Assembly (NCBI GenBank): GCA_002633005.1
Contig: NMRA01000725.1
Span: forward strand, 1-64,000
From: Phoronis australis
Taxonomy: Eukaryota; Animalia; Phoronida
Reading direction: 5' to 3'
Length of the DNA stretch: 64,000 bases
Shown piece by piece: positions 40,801 through 49,314 of this stretch. The position numbers were made by a program, and so were the translations under genes. The notes under the pieces are model-generated. The model made no database searches and was not told the DNA's origin. It saw nothing but the letters and a program-made list of their open reading frames with translations. Position 1 is the stretch's first letter. Every line of letters begins with the position of its first letter.

Positions 40801-43580
40801 CCAGATCTCAATGTGCCAAACCCAGGATGGCATCCTGCAGCCCAGCAGGGGGTCAGAAGGTTAGGAAACGTGCCTGTTCGCCAAAAGTTACACATGTATC
40901 ACTGGACCTTTACCTGACTGAGTGAAAACACTGATGTTGCTAAATTTTCGTGTAACCGTGTAACAGTGGTATGATCTAAGCAAGATGGGTGTGTCTGTAA
41001 TTTTGTGTTCAAAGTACGCATCTTGATTCGATCATACTTCCCCCATTTATCTTCACCTTCAAGTTCACTTGATGGTACAGTATTGGTTTACATTCCTACA
41101 CTTTCAAGAAAGACTGAGATCATAATTTCTGGTTAATGGCTCCGTTGGATTTAACATTGATGATGTTGATCCTATATGAGTTACGTTTATGCATGTCATT
41201 CTGAGATGCGCGACATTCATTGACAAAATCACTGACTACTGTCTCTACTGACCAAGGGACACATTAAGTGTTTCTTGTTGAACAATTGGTGAGACCGGTG
41301 ATGGTATCTTTTCTGATAACATGGGTTGCATATTATGTTCCTGCAATGTATAACTTGAAGGTGAAATTTATTAACTACTGTTTACTAATATTTTTTTACT
41401 AGTAATTAGTTAGCCTGCCATTTTGAATCTGTTCTTTAGCAGTATCTGCGAGTGTGCTGTCAGATTGCCTTTTACGTTTAGTATTCCAACAATCAAAACT
41501 CGGTTTAGCCATGTGATCCTTCGTCAAAAATCAATTTGTGTTGTAGCCTTCACTCATTAGTTCATTCTGCGTGTATTATTTGCTGTACAGTATTTATTTG
41601 TTTGGGTTTTTATTTTTATACAAGTCACCTATCAAAGCTGCTATGAAGCTGTCTTCTGTCAAAAAGCAAACACTTGATTTAGAACCCTCTCGACCTTAAG
41701 ACTTTTCTCGACCCATTCCATTCTCAGATTAGAAGTGATTTCTTAGCTCGGAAAGAAATGGCATTTGGTTATTGTTTGGGAGCAGGCTCACCATACAGTC
41801 ACCTACGTGGACAAGCCAGCATTGTTTTGACAAGTAAATGAAATGTCAGCTCTCTCCGTGATTAGAAATCGTTTCTAAGTTGATTATGAAACAGGTTGAG
41901 GCCAATTTGTACTGTGGTGTTGGTCCAAGTCAGAAGTTCATTTTTGACTGAAGGGGGATTAATGCATAACAGCTGTTGATCGGTTCACTGTCAGTAATAA
42001 GTCTTGTGTAACCATCATGTTTTAGGAAATATGGAATAATTTATCTTATCATTTACTTTTCTTGGTAATTTTTGACAAAACACAATTCCAGCTTTTTCCT
42101 GCTGTGTACTAATACGAGGACAGCTTCATCCAAACACATACACTTTATACCCTTTGGAATACTCAATGCTTTGTCTAATGCAATGCCTTGATCGTAACAC
42201 CAATAAACATTTTCTCACATATCTTGGTGTTGAAAGTTATGCAGTACAAACCAAAAGTATTCGGACAAAATGACGCAGAATTCCCCACTCATGATGGCTG
42301 AGCAGACGCCAAATTCATGACCAGAGCAGTCTTACTTTGTGAAGGCCAATTAACAACTATTAGTTAGGTGTCCTGATAGTTATTTTAGCTGTTAACAGAG
42401 TTGACCATCGTGATAGGGAAAAGGTGTTTTGTCTGATTACTTTTGTGTTGTATTACACCTGTGTTTTACCTGCTTCTCCTTGTTTCTCTTGGTGAGTCGC
42501 CCTTTAGTTGCCGCTCTAGTGACCTCATACCCAACACAATTTGCTTTAGTACCGTGTTGCACCTCTGTCTAACCCCGTCCTGTGCACCATGGTAAGTACC
42601 TCATTTGTCTGTCCTTTCACCGTTTAATTTCGTCATAACCTAGGCGTGGTTGTCCACACAGGCGGGCCATGAGGTGAATGGCACTTTGGAATGTAACAAT
42701 AGCTCCTAACTGACATTTTGTGTGCAAACTGGCATGAAATCTTGTCTTCGCAGACATAATAGAGTATTCTGGCAAAGTATAAATGTTAAGTCAAAATTCC
42801 AGAACTCTTTAATTTGTACTTGTTAATTTTTCAGTTTTAGATATTTATGACCCTAGAAAAATGTTGGAATTTTGCTAATTTCTGAACGTCATATCTCACT
42901 GAGAAGTGGCAGATAGGACTCATACAAAACTTTTACACAGATGTTTTATGTGCTGTTCTCGAAAGGACCTTGAGAAATTGGTTTTAAAATTTTCCACAAA
43001 AAGAGGACTTTTACGATATTTACGACAAAAAGTCCAAGAGTTTCATAAAATGACAAAATGATTTCTCAAAAAACCGTGACAGCGTTTTTGAGGTTTTGTC
43101 GAACGAAATTTTGGTATGATTGTAACTTTCTTTTTGCTAAATATTATTAAAAGACATTGTCACGTGACCCAGTTAACTGCAAATTGGTCTGAAGTGGANG
43201 CTTTCTATTTTCAGTAAAAAATATATTTTCCATGAGTCAAAGTTCATAGTTTTGTTTGTTATTTGTCGGAATGCACAAACCTGTTGATAAGGTCCTGCAT
43301 TAGCTTGATAAAATATTTTCAAATTCTTCATCTTGTTTTAGTTCTGTTATATTTTCTTATTTTCAGCTGGTATTTAACATCCCATAATAATGCCAGACCA
43401 GACCCTGGGACATATCGACGACCGTATTTTCCTCAACAACCACCAGGAGTTCTGTGTCGTGTGTGTGCTGCCAGAGAGGGTGAATGTCTACATGATTACG
43501 AGTATCAACTTGAACTAATACGTGCAGAACACCAGAGGGCGCTAGACAAAAATGCAGAGAAAGACTTGCTGTTCAGCTGA
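10804..43580 (+). CDS. Multi-exon gene (28 coding exons, ~1163 aa): N-terminal leucine-rich repeats + LRRcap, helical middle region, long Ser/Pro-rich low-complexity C-terminus; uncharacterised, possibly ciliary
   Basis: Hand-spliced. All introns are GT-AG, all phases join without a stop, and total CDS is 3492 nt. Exons: 10804-10821, 10908-10977, 16097-16224, 18639-18795, 19615-19677, 20446-20507, 21741-21818, 22635-22683, 23596-23662, 24023-24125, 24543-24616, 25025-25127, 25759-25874, 26646-26737, 27575-27789, 28119-28260, 30480-30578, 30895-31012, 31772-31904, 32568-32780, 33346-33462, 34356-34429, 35252-35683, 36185-36348, 37898-37915, 39813-40076, 40751-40859, 43367-43580. The N-terminus reads MRLTTQVIRSRAKEPLQVVEYLDLSSLEIVTPEKLGSCPKLQSLDLSSNNIDVVANLQLCPELWSIDLSNNKINNLEGLNRFVALGNLVLSNNNL...LSLHGNKNLQKDPYYRIHVVDCLPNVWMLDG. 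Confidence 0.88.
10908..10977 (+). CDS. LRR gene exon 2 (VIRSRAKEPLQVVEYLDLSSLEI)
   Basis: atttcag| ... G|gtgagt. Phase 1 joins exon 3 and completes the first LRR. Confidence 0.85.
12142..13187 (+). mobile_element. Non-autonomous DNA element in intron 2, diverged relative of the 55-57 kb family
   Basis: Ends are TAGCCT...AGGCTA. The internal CACCTTGCACGTTACAGCCGTTTAAGTGAAAAACAAT (~12526) is nearly identical to copies at ~55112 and ~56686. The 3' end TACAGCTTTCCACCAAGGCTA matches TACAGCTTTGTACCAAGGCTA at 57234. Confidence 0.75.
13919..14060. mobile_element. MITE (GGCGGATCC-type termini, hAT-like)
   Basis: CATAGGCGGATACGGGG ... CCTGGATCCGCCCCT inverted termini, with a poly-G run after the left end. 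Confidence 0.6.
16097..16224 (+). CDS. LRR gene exon 3 (two LRRs)
   Basis: ttctttcag| ... AAG|gtagtc; LQSLDLSSNNI and LWSIDLSNNK. Confidence 0.92.
18639..18795 (+). CDS. LRR gene exon 4 (two LRRs)
   Basis: tctctcag| ... T|gtaagt; LGNLVLSNNNL and ILNLSLHGN. Confidence 0.92.
19615..19677 (+). CDS. LRR gene exon 5 (LRRcap YRIHVVDCLPNVWMLDG)
   Basis: ctttcag| ... T|gtacgt; fits the YRxxVxxxLPxLxxLD LRRcap consensus. Confidence 0.92.
20446..20507 (+). CDS. LRR gene exon 6 (SAERLQVEHFFSDSAFSDHPV)
   Basis: ttatttag| ... GTG|gtatgt; phase consistent. Confidence 0.88.
21741..21818 (+). CDS. LRR gene exon 7
   Basis: ttcaacag| ... CGG|gtgagt; RHKLKVKGFTPSNLKKIEVTGVFGER. Confidence 0.88.
22635..22683 (+). 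CDS. LRR gene exon 8
   Basis: cactgcag| ... G|gtgagg; TTHLMTRFPTNGALNI. Confidence 0.85.
22725..22929. mobile_element. PIF/Harbinger-like MITE
   Basis: TIRs GTGCCGTCCACGCACAGACTTA and TAAGTCTGCATGTGGACGGGAC, flanked on both sides by TTA (candidate 3-bp TSD). Confidence 0.7.
23596..23662 (+). CDS. LRR gene exon 9
   Basis: tgtttag| ... AG|gtgttt; EIDHRRMKYLAFNLQEDLKLVD. The phase 1-to-2 change is required by its neighbours. Confidence 0.8.
24023..24125 (+). CDS. LRR gene exon 10
   Basis: ctcaacag| ... GTG|gtaagt; KLKLLKHSPEFLESVIDNRDAEREKCNMLLLLLV. Confidence 0.88.
24543..24616 (+). CDS. LRR gene exon 11
   Basis: gccaacag| ... AG|gtaaga; ASLEFALPAQLVKATLEVAKLDKI. Confidence 0.88.
25025..25127 (+). 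CDS. LRR gene exon 12
   Basis: tctttcag| ... ATT|gtaagt; NASTIELFLLPKRWRCMLACVLLGAVKLDRDKEI. Confidence 0.88.
25759..25874 (+). CDS. LRR gene exon 13
   Basis: ctttgcag| ... AC|gtaagg; EGGLYSRLYLCLYHIVSELAKLC. Confidence 0.88.
26646..26737 (+). CDS. LRR gene exon 14
   Basis: tgttgtag| ... G|gtcagc; YKDYRCLLASEIVQLLCIVPTFYQYLTHDT. Confidence 0.88.
27575..27789 (+). CDS. LRR gene exon 15
   Basis: gttttcag| ... GAG|gtaata; inside track ORF 27565..27930. Confidence 0.88.
28119..28260 (+). CDS. LRR gene exon 16
   Basis: gtttacag| ... T|gtaagt; FHSQRALPRRPQSSPVHR...KQRAP. Confidence 0.87.
30480..30578 (+). CDS. LRR gene exon 17
   Basis: ctctttcag| ... G|gtatga; LGDRVLLGPQNEAKIISLPEQDIALVQIDILP. 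Confidence 0.87.
30895..31012 (+). CDS. LRR gene exon 18
   Basis: tgtttcag| ... AG|gtactg; FRYVDLTTIEWDAASSFWRPKGSVGD. Confidence 0.87.
31772..31904 (+). CDS. LRR gene exon 19
   Basis: cattttag| ... CTT|gtgagt; inside track ORF 31740..31994. Confidence 0.85.
32449..32515. repeat. 18-bp tandem repeat, 3-4 copies
   Basis: (aaggctgtcaatcrttgt)n. Confidence 0.75.
32568..32780 (+). CDS. LRR gene exon 20
   Basis: tcccttaaag| ... AAG|gtgggt; inside track ORF 32550..32951. Confidence 0.85.
33346..33462 (+). CDS. LRR gene exon 21
   Basis: cgtcacag| ... CTG|gttagt; EEPLDDEDSYDPVRSPLYDTINAAVQSF. Confidence 0.85.
34356..34429 (+). CDS. LRR gene exon 22
   Basis: ttttgcag| ... CG|gtaggc; KVTPSSGVVSPVVICPTKGTSEKP. 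Confidence 0.8.
35252..35683 (+). CDS. LRR gene exon 23 (poly-Asn, low complexity)
   Basis: cattgcag| ... AG|gtaggt; inside track ORF 35220..35687. Confidence 0.87.
35271..35319 (+). repeat. Coding (AAC)n microsatellite, poly-Asn
   Basis: NNNNENNNNNFNENNN in exon 23. Confidence 0.85.
36185..36348 (+). CDS. LRR gene exon 24
   Basis: tttgttag| ... A|gtaagt; inside track ORF 36165..36371. Confidence 0.85.
37898..37915 (+). CDS. LRR gene candidate 18-nt microexon (NKENEP)
   Basis: atggcag|ACAAAGAAAATGAGCCAG|gtacgt; symmetric phase 1-1, so it is not needed to keep frame. Confidence 0.5.
39813..40076 (+). CDS. LRR gene exon 26
   Basis: ctcttttag| ... G|gtaaga; PPSTPPPQRPSSPENAERTFSLQFRNAQRWLGGGRDLYHEDV...FEEFA. 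Confidence 0.85.
40751..40859 (+). CDS. LRR gene exon 27
   Basis: tttttctag| ... AG|gttagg; AGIDRRSFQHMLNISTPDLNVPNPGWHPAAQQGVR. Confidence 0.75.
43367..43580 (+). CDS. LRR gene last coding exon (…CRVCAAREGECLHDYEYQLELIRAEHQRALDKNAEKDLLFS*)
   Basis: ttattttcag| acceptor; phase 2 matches exon 27; ends at TGA 43578-43580. Confidence 0.7.
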
Positions 43581-44753
43581 TTGTGAATCATAATTTTTAT
43601 TCAATCATCTGATCATGTGCTGACACTGTGTCCTGGCAAGTAGCGTAACATGCGTGCACTCGGGGGGGGGGTGGTCTCGGGAGGCCCCCCATTTGGCAAA
43701 GTGGGCAAAAAGTCTGCTTCAGAGATACAAAATCTCCGAAAAAAGTAGAAAAGGTGACAAAAGTCCACTAAAAACGCTAGAACTACCAAAATTCTCCTAA
43801 TGCACAATTCACTGTAGTTCTGAAAGTACCCTGTGAGTCTTAGTAGGCTGGGTTTTTGCATGTCTAAATAACTATTGTGGTGGGACCCGTGCATGCCAGC
43901 TGTCTGTCTGTTTTGGTTTTGCATTTCCGAGGAATTATTTAAAGTTTTGAAATAGGTCAGTTAACTCTTCTAGACAGTTTTCCACAAACTGACTGTGACC
44001 CAGTTGGCACACATAGTGTGTTAGATCATCTCAGACGTGTTTTACTTTAATTTGAAGTGCCGCTGTTTGGATTATCATAAGCACGTGTACTTTCACTTTC
44101 AACGGTCCCTCCTTAGGCATTGGCCTGTCCTGAAGCATCGCTGTCCTTATGCATTGTACTTAATGAAAGGTTGCTACTCCTGTAAATGCTCAACACTGGC
44201 AGCAACCTCAAAATTATTGTACTCCCTCTATCTAGATTATACAATGTAGAAGGTAGGTGGAATATCACTGTGGCCCATTTCTTTTTACTTTATACTGCAG
44301 TATAACCTTGCTTTCTTGTCAAGGAAGGTTCCATAACCCACCAATAAGTTATTACACGTTTCTGTTCACAGCTGCTAGTGAGACTGAATGTTTTGTGGTA
44401 TCAAACGTTTTGAGTAGATAGCTAAGGCAAACTATGTTCTGGTGTTTTTACTCAGTTTTCAAATAGTCAGTTTCAAATATTTTACATTTCGTTTAGATGT
44501 TGATTGTTCTCTGGGAAGTATATGTTTCACCGTTATTGCTGATATTGATATGGATATTACAGTGATGTTGATATTTTGCAACAAATAGATAATTATATAT
44601 ATATATATATTTATATATAGTTGTGTGCCAAATGTCGAATTGGATCAATTGCTCAACAAGGTGGGTTAATATTCATGAGTGAGAATATGTGCTTAGGAGG
44701 TGTTATTTAGCTAGCCAGCCAGGTGGATATGACCCAATGTCGAAGTTTAGCAA

Positions 44754-45082
44754 GGGTATGCTCTGTGATAAATTCATAGCATTGTACCTACTTCAGAAAT
44801 ATATGTGCTTTTGAAATCATCAGCAGTAAATTGGTTCATTTACATTTTTGTTTCTGTCGAATTAAAGCTAGGGTATGCTCTGTGATGAATTCATAGCATT
44901 GTACCTAGTTCACGAATATCTGTGCTTTTGAAACAATCAGCAGTAAATTGGTATTTTTGCGTTTTTGTTTCCCTATTGAAGTAAAGCTAGGGTTTGCTCT
45001 GTGATAACTTAATAGCACTGTACTTAGTTCACAAATGTTTGTGCTTTTGAAACGGATGCATTTTTACATTATTTGCTTCTGT
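44754..45082. repeat. ~118-bp tandem repeat, 3 copies
   Basis: Units starting GGGTWTGCTCTGTGAT at 44754, 44871 and 44990. Confidence 0.9.
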
Positions 45083-45585
45083 CACAGGATTAACAGAATG
45101 TGTTAAACAAAAGGTTGGGCTGGTGATGACTGGTCACGTGGTACCATATTAGTTGTATGACTGCTGATAACCTCGTAGCTTGTGTGTATTGGTAATTGGC
45201 CTATCGCAAGCTCCCCCTTGAGAAATGTCGTGTGACACCCCACAAACAAACAATAAGTTTTACCCGACAATGTGTTGCTCCCCATCTCCCACTCCCTCCC
45301 CTCCCCATTTTCAAAAAATGTGTGTTCATTCACCATGTGTAACTATAGTCCCGTTGCGTACAAGCCCCATTTTCCCCAAAAAACTCGTACGTGGTGACGG
45401 ATGCTTGTAAATAGTGTTCTGAAACAAGTAGGCCTAGGTCTATCAACAAATCTTTGGTCAGTAAAAATGATGGCCGTCTCTCTGCTCAAATGCATGCACT
45501 CTACTACTAAAGCAGTACAAAAAAGCATAAAATAGAAACTTTATTCAATTTAACTACAAATCAGTCACAATTTCAGAAAGTTTAT

Positions 45586-45939
45586 TTATCGATTGGATAC
45601 TCCCATGTGGATGCCGCTTTCCCCTTGTGCAAGCAACTGGTTGCTAGTTGGGTCTTGCACGTAATACGGTGGATAAACGCGTAGTTGAAGATATTGTGGG
45701 CCCTTTGGATGGGCTTGGTGTCGTGATATCCACGAATATCCCTTGTGGACAACTTTGATGACTGAAGTGTCCTCAAAATTATTTTTGAATGGCATGTTCA
45801 CATTCAAAGGCGCTGTGATGTCTGTCTTCATGTCAAAAGGAACGTCACGCTCTAACTTGCCATTCGTGGCATAGATCACCTCGACATGGGAATTGAAATT
45901 CTTCGGTTCGCCGCTGTGATTTTCACTCCAGTTATTATA
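45586..45939 (-). pseudogene. Orphan coding fragment or last exon (~117 aa), unknown family
   Basis: Stop-free frame YNNWSENHSGEPKNFNSHVEVIYATNGKLERDVPFDMK...GESGIHMGVSNR*. It is more GC-rich than its flanks, and AATAAA overlaps the stop. An in-frame upstream ATG is separated from it by one TAA. Confidence 0.4.
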
Positions 45940-48069
45940 TTATAGATAGTGACACGAGCTCATGGTTCATTTTCCCTACTTTTAAAACTAAATAAACACT
46001 GACTAGAATATCATGCTACCACAACAAAACTACTCAGCAGTACTCAAGTTAATACAACTGACAAATTCCCTTGGCTGTCCTCAACTGCTTCGCTGGCGGC
46101 CTTTTAAAACCCATTTCATTGTTTCCTCCACCTGATGTGCATCACCACACTGGGAAAGTTTCTTTTCTTGACAGTATCCTTAGAGCAAGGCTAGGGATGG
46201 TGTTCATTTTACCCTTCCTGGGCTTTCAATGCCCTTCGTGACAACTGTCCTAAGGGTTACTTCCACAGAAGGTTTATACATAGCACGACACTCAGGTGGG
46301 TGATTTCTCACCAACAAAAGGGTATCCTATCAGTCTAGCAAAATTCTGGGAGTTACAAATTGCAAGGGGTACAATATTTACTATAAAAGGGTTTTCAATA
46401 CAATATTTGTAGTTTTACATGTTCGTTTATGACAACATGATATCACCGGGCACTTAAGTTTGAGGGGTTAAAACAATGTGTCCAGGAATTACTACAACGG
46501 GGTTACGTTTGTGGAATTAAACCTGACAAAAGGGCTACATTGACTTCCCAACTTCGGACCACACACGTTACTGAATCCTAAGCAATCGGAAAATTTGGAA
46601 GTCCACAGTCTAAATATGGATTTCGTTTGTCTAAGCCTAAACCTAAAACCGCTGGCTAAGGACTTCAGTTTCTACTGTACCAGACGACGAATTTCAATTG
46701 ATGAAATTGTGTTCAAACGGTGAAAGTGGTGAAAAACGTGAAACTAGAAGGATTATTATCAAGATGTGACAATAATAGACAGCGCGTGCGTTATAATGGA
46801 ATTGATATAGGTAATTATTGACAGCAACCCGTTTACCAAGGTTAAAAGAGAATTCTTTAAAACTGAAGGAGAAATTACATTTCGATAATTTGATAACCTT
46901 TGCACTAAATGACCCTTTCGGGTGCATTATATATGAGCCCTCAGGAGGAATAAGTGTAAACTCCATGAAAAGTGTGGTTAATGCTAATAATCCGGCAGAG
47001 ATGTCTTACTATAAGCGATTTAGAATACAAGTTGAAAAAGTCAAATTGTCAGAAGAAAAATGCACCTATAATGACCCCATGGTGGGACCAAATGACCTGA
47101 AACCTTAGTTAGAATTGAAACTCAGTTACATATTCTAAGCAGATACATGTATGTGAATTTGAAATGTCTAGCTCAAAATTTTTGTTTGCACTCAATGACC
47201 TTTGACCTATTGTTTCTAACTGGATTATCTGATTGCTTAGTCAAGTAGTGTATTTAATTGGCTCGTATGCTTACACCTGTTAGCTGAAAGTGAAGAGAAT
47301 TCCTTGAAATATGTAGAAGTACCATTTTGAACATTAGATGACCTTTGCACTAAGTGACCCTTTCCGATGCATTATATGCCTCTTTACTAGAGTTGCTGCA
47401 AAGTCCGTGAAAAGTGTGTTTAATATGCTGACAATCACGGACTACTTCGCCAATGAAAAGGTACGCAAAAATTTCAGAAAAAAATGCACCCAATGACTCC
47501 ATGGTTGCACCAAATGACCTGAAAATTTAGAATTGGAACTCAATTACATGTACCAAGCAGATATGTGAATTTGAAGTGTCTAACTCAAAATCTTAGTTTG
47601 CACTCAATAATACCCTTTGACCTAGTGTTTCTGATTGGATCGATTGCGTAATACAGTAAAGTATTTGATTGGCGTGTACGCTTACATGTACGTCTGTCAG
47701 CTGAAATTGAAGAGAATGCCTTAAAAATATAGGAAAAATAACATTTTGAATATTAGATGACCTTTGCACTAATCAACTCTATATGGTGCTTTATCAACCT
47801 CTTAGCAGAATTTGAAGAATCTAGCTCAAAACCTTAGTTTGCACCTCGTGACCTTTGACCTGTTTAACTTGATTCGACGGCCTGATTACTTAGAGAAGTG
47901 TTTTTAAATCGCCACGGTCTTGTTAACTAACACCTGTTCACCTAATTTGAAGAGGAAACCTTTGAAACTGAAGGAGTATCATTTTGAAAATTATATGAGC
48001 TTTGCACCAAATTACCTTTTCCGTCGCTTTATGGGATATGATTATATAATGAATCAAAATTTATGTACT

Positions 48070-49314
48070 GCAACCTTTTTTCATGGAAGTGACGTTTTGG
48101 GAGGCAAGAATTTCGCGCCAATTTCTTTTCATATAGTCAGACTGTGAGAGCAGTCGAGTCAGTCATTGTTCTACCTCGGGTGTGATAAGTTCGGTCGTCC
48201 TTTGCTTTTGTTTACGAGTCAGTGAACATGCCACGCTGTTGCTGCGTACTGGGGTGTACTCATTATCGTCTCACGTAAAGAGGAAGAACTGTCCCACTTG
48301 CCCGAGTGTCCCGCGACACACTCCCACTGGAGGGTGATCTGAGCACCCAAACTGCTTAGATCCCGCCGTGTGACTCCCTCACCACACACCTGGCACCTTC
48401 TAAATAGCTCCAATACAAGTCCACAATGAACTTATCAAACTTAGGCTCACCGATCTGTTCATTAGATGACGAATTGCCCTTCTCACTGGGTGTCGAACTG
48501 GGCCTGTATTCACTCCCACTACTCAACATCGCTGCAGGGCTGCTTACAGGCTCTGGTCTAGAAACAACAGCACAAGGCGAATCACTATTAGTTCCCGGAA
48601 TTGCACGCAATGGGGTACGTTCGGAGGCACGGGTGACAGTAGATGAAGTGCCTCCAGTCACTGTATATAGTGGCCACAGCTCGCGAGGCTTCTCGCTTCA
48701 AAAACGCACTTCTCCGGGATGGCGACGGGGCACTGCCGGGAATCAACAGCGACGGTATGGTACCCTTCTTCAGGCGTTGTTTGGCAGGGACCTTAGTTCA
48801 TCAATTCAGCGCACATATCTCTGTCGTAATCTGGCGGCAGAAAATGCTTGCCACACACTCGGTAACCCTCCACTGCTTTGTACGTTGCGTGGACGGGTAG
48901 CGCTGCGTTCTTCATATGAACGAGTTTTTCAGCTAGCCAAGTACGGCGAAGTGCGTCATCCTTCTGAAAGCGACGCAAGGTGCCCAAAGCGCGTGTGAGG
49001 CGATAATGAGTACATCCCGGCACGCAGCAACAGCGTACGTGGCATGTTGACTGACTTGTAAACAAAAGCAAACGACGACCGAACTTATCGCAACCGAGGT
49101 AGAACAATGAGTGACTCGACAGCCCTCACAGTCAGACTATAATGAAAAGAAATTGGAGCGAAACTCTTGCCTCCCACAACGTCACTTCCGGAGTAGAGGA
49201 CGAGAAATTAATCAAATTACGAAAAGCTGTAATTAAGCGAAAAATGTGTCTGGGATAATCAACGAATCTTATTTTTACTAAAAGTGACATGAAAAAAATT
49301 GCCTTCGCCTTTAA
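48070..49314 (-). mobile_element. Decayed Kolobok-like DNA transposon derivative with long inverted arms
   Basis: The right end reads TTAA-AGGCGAAGGCAA on the minus strand (TTAA + RR terminus). It contains a THAP domain and a CxxC...CxxGH transposase N-terminal segment. 48085-48274 is the reverse complement of 48994-49190. Confidence 0.65.
48275..49045 (-). pseudogene. Frameshifted THAP-domain / transposase N-terminus
   Basis: CCCVPGC...F..D...RRTW...RVCGKHF, then (after a frameshift) RLKKGTIPSL, together form a C2CH THAP with an AVPTIF-like box. Next come KFIVDL and (after another frameshift) LELFRRCQVCG...G.QITLQWECVAGHSGKWDS. No DDE core is present. Confidence 0.8.

Noticed and set aside
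48426-48998. 190-aa plus-strand ORF
   Set aside because: Antisense shadow of the GC-rich THAP/transposase relic, with no recognisable motifs.
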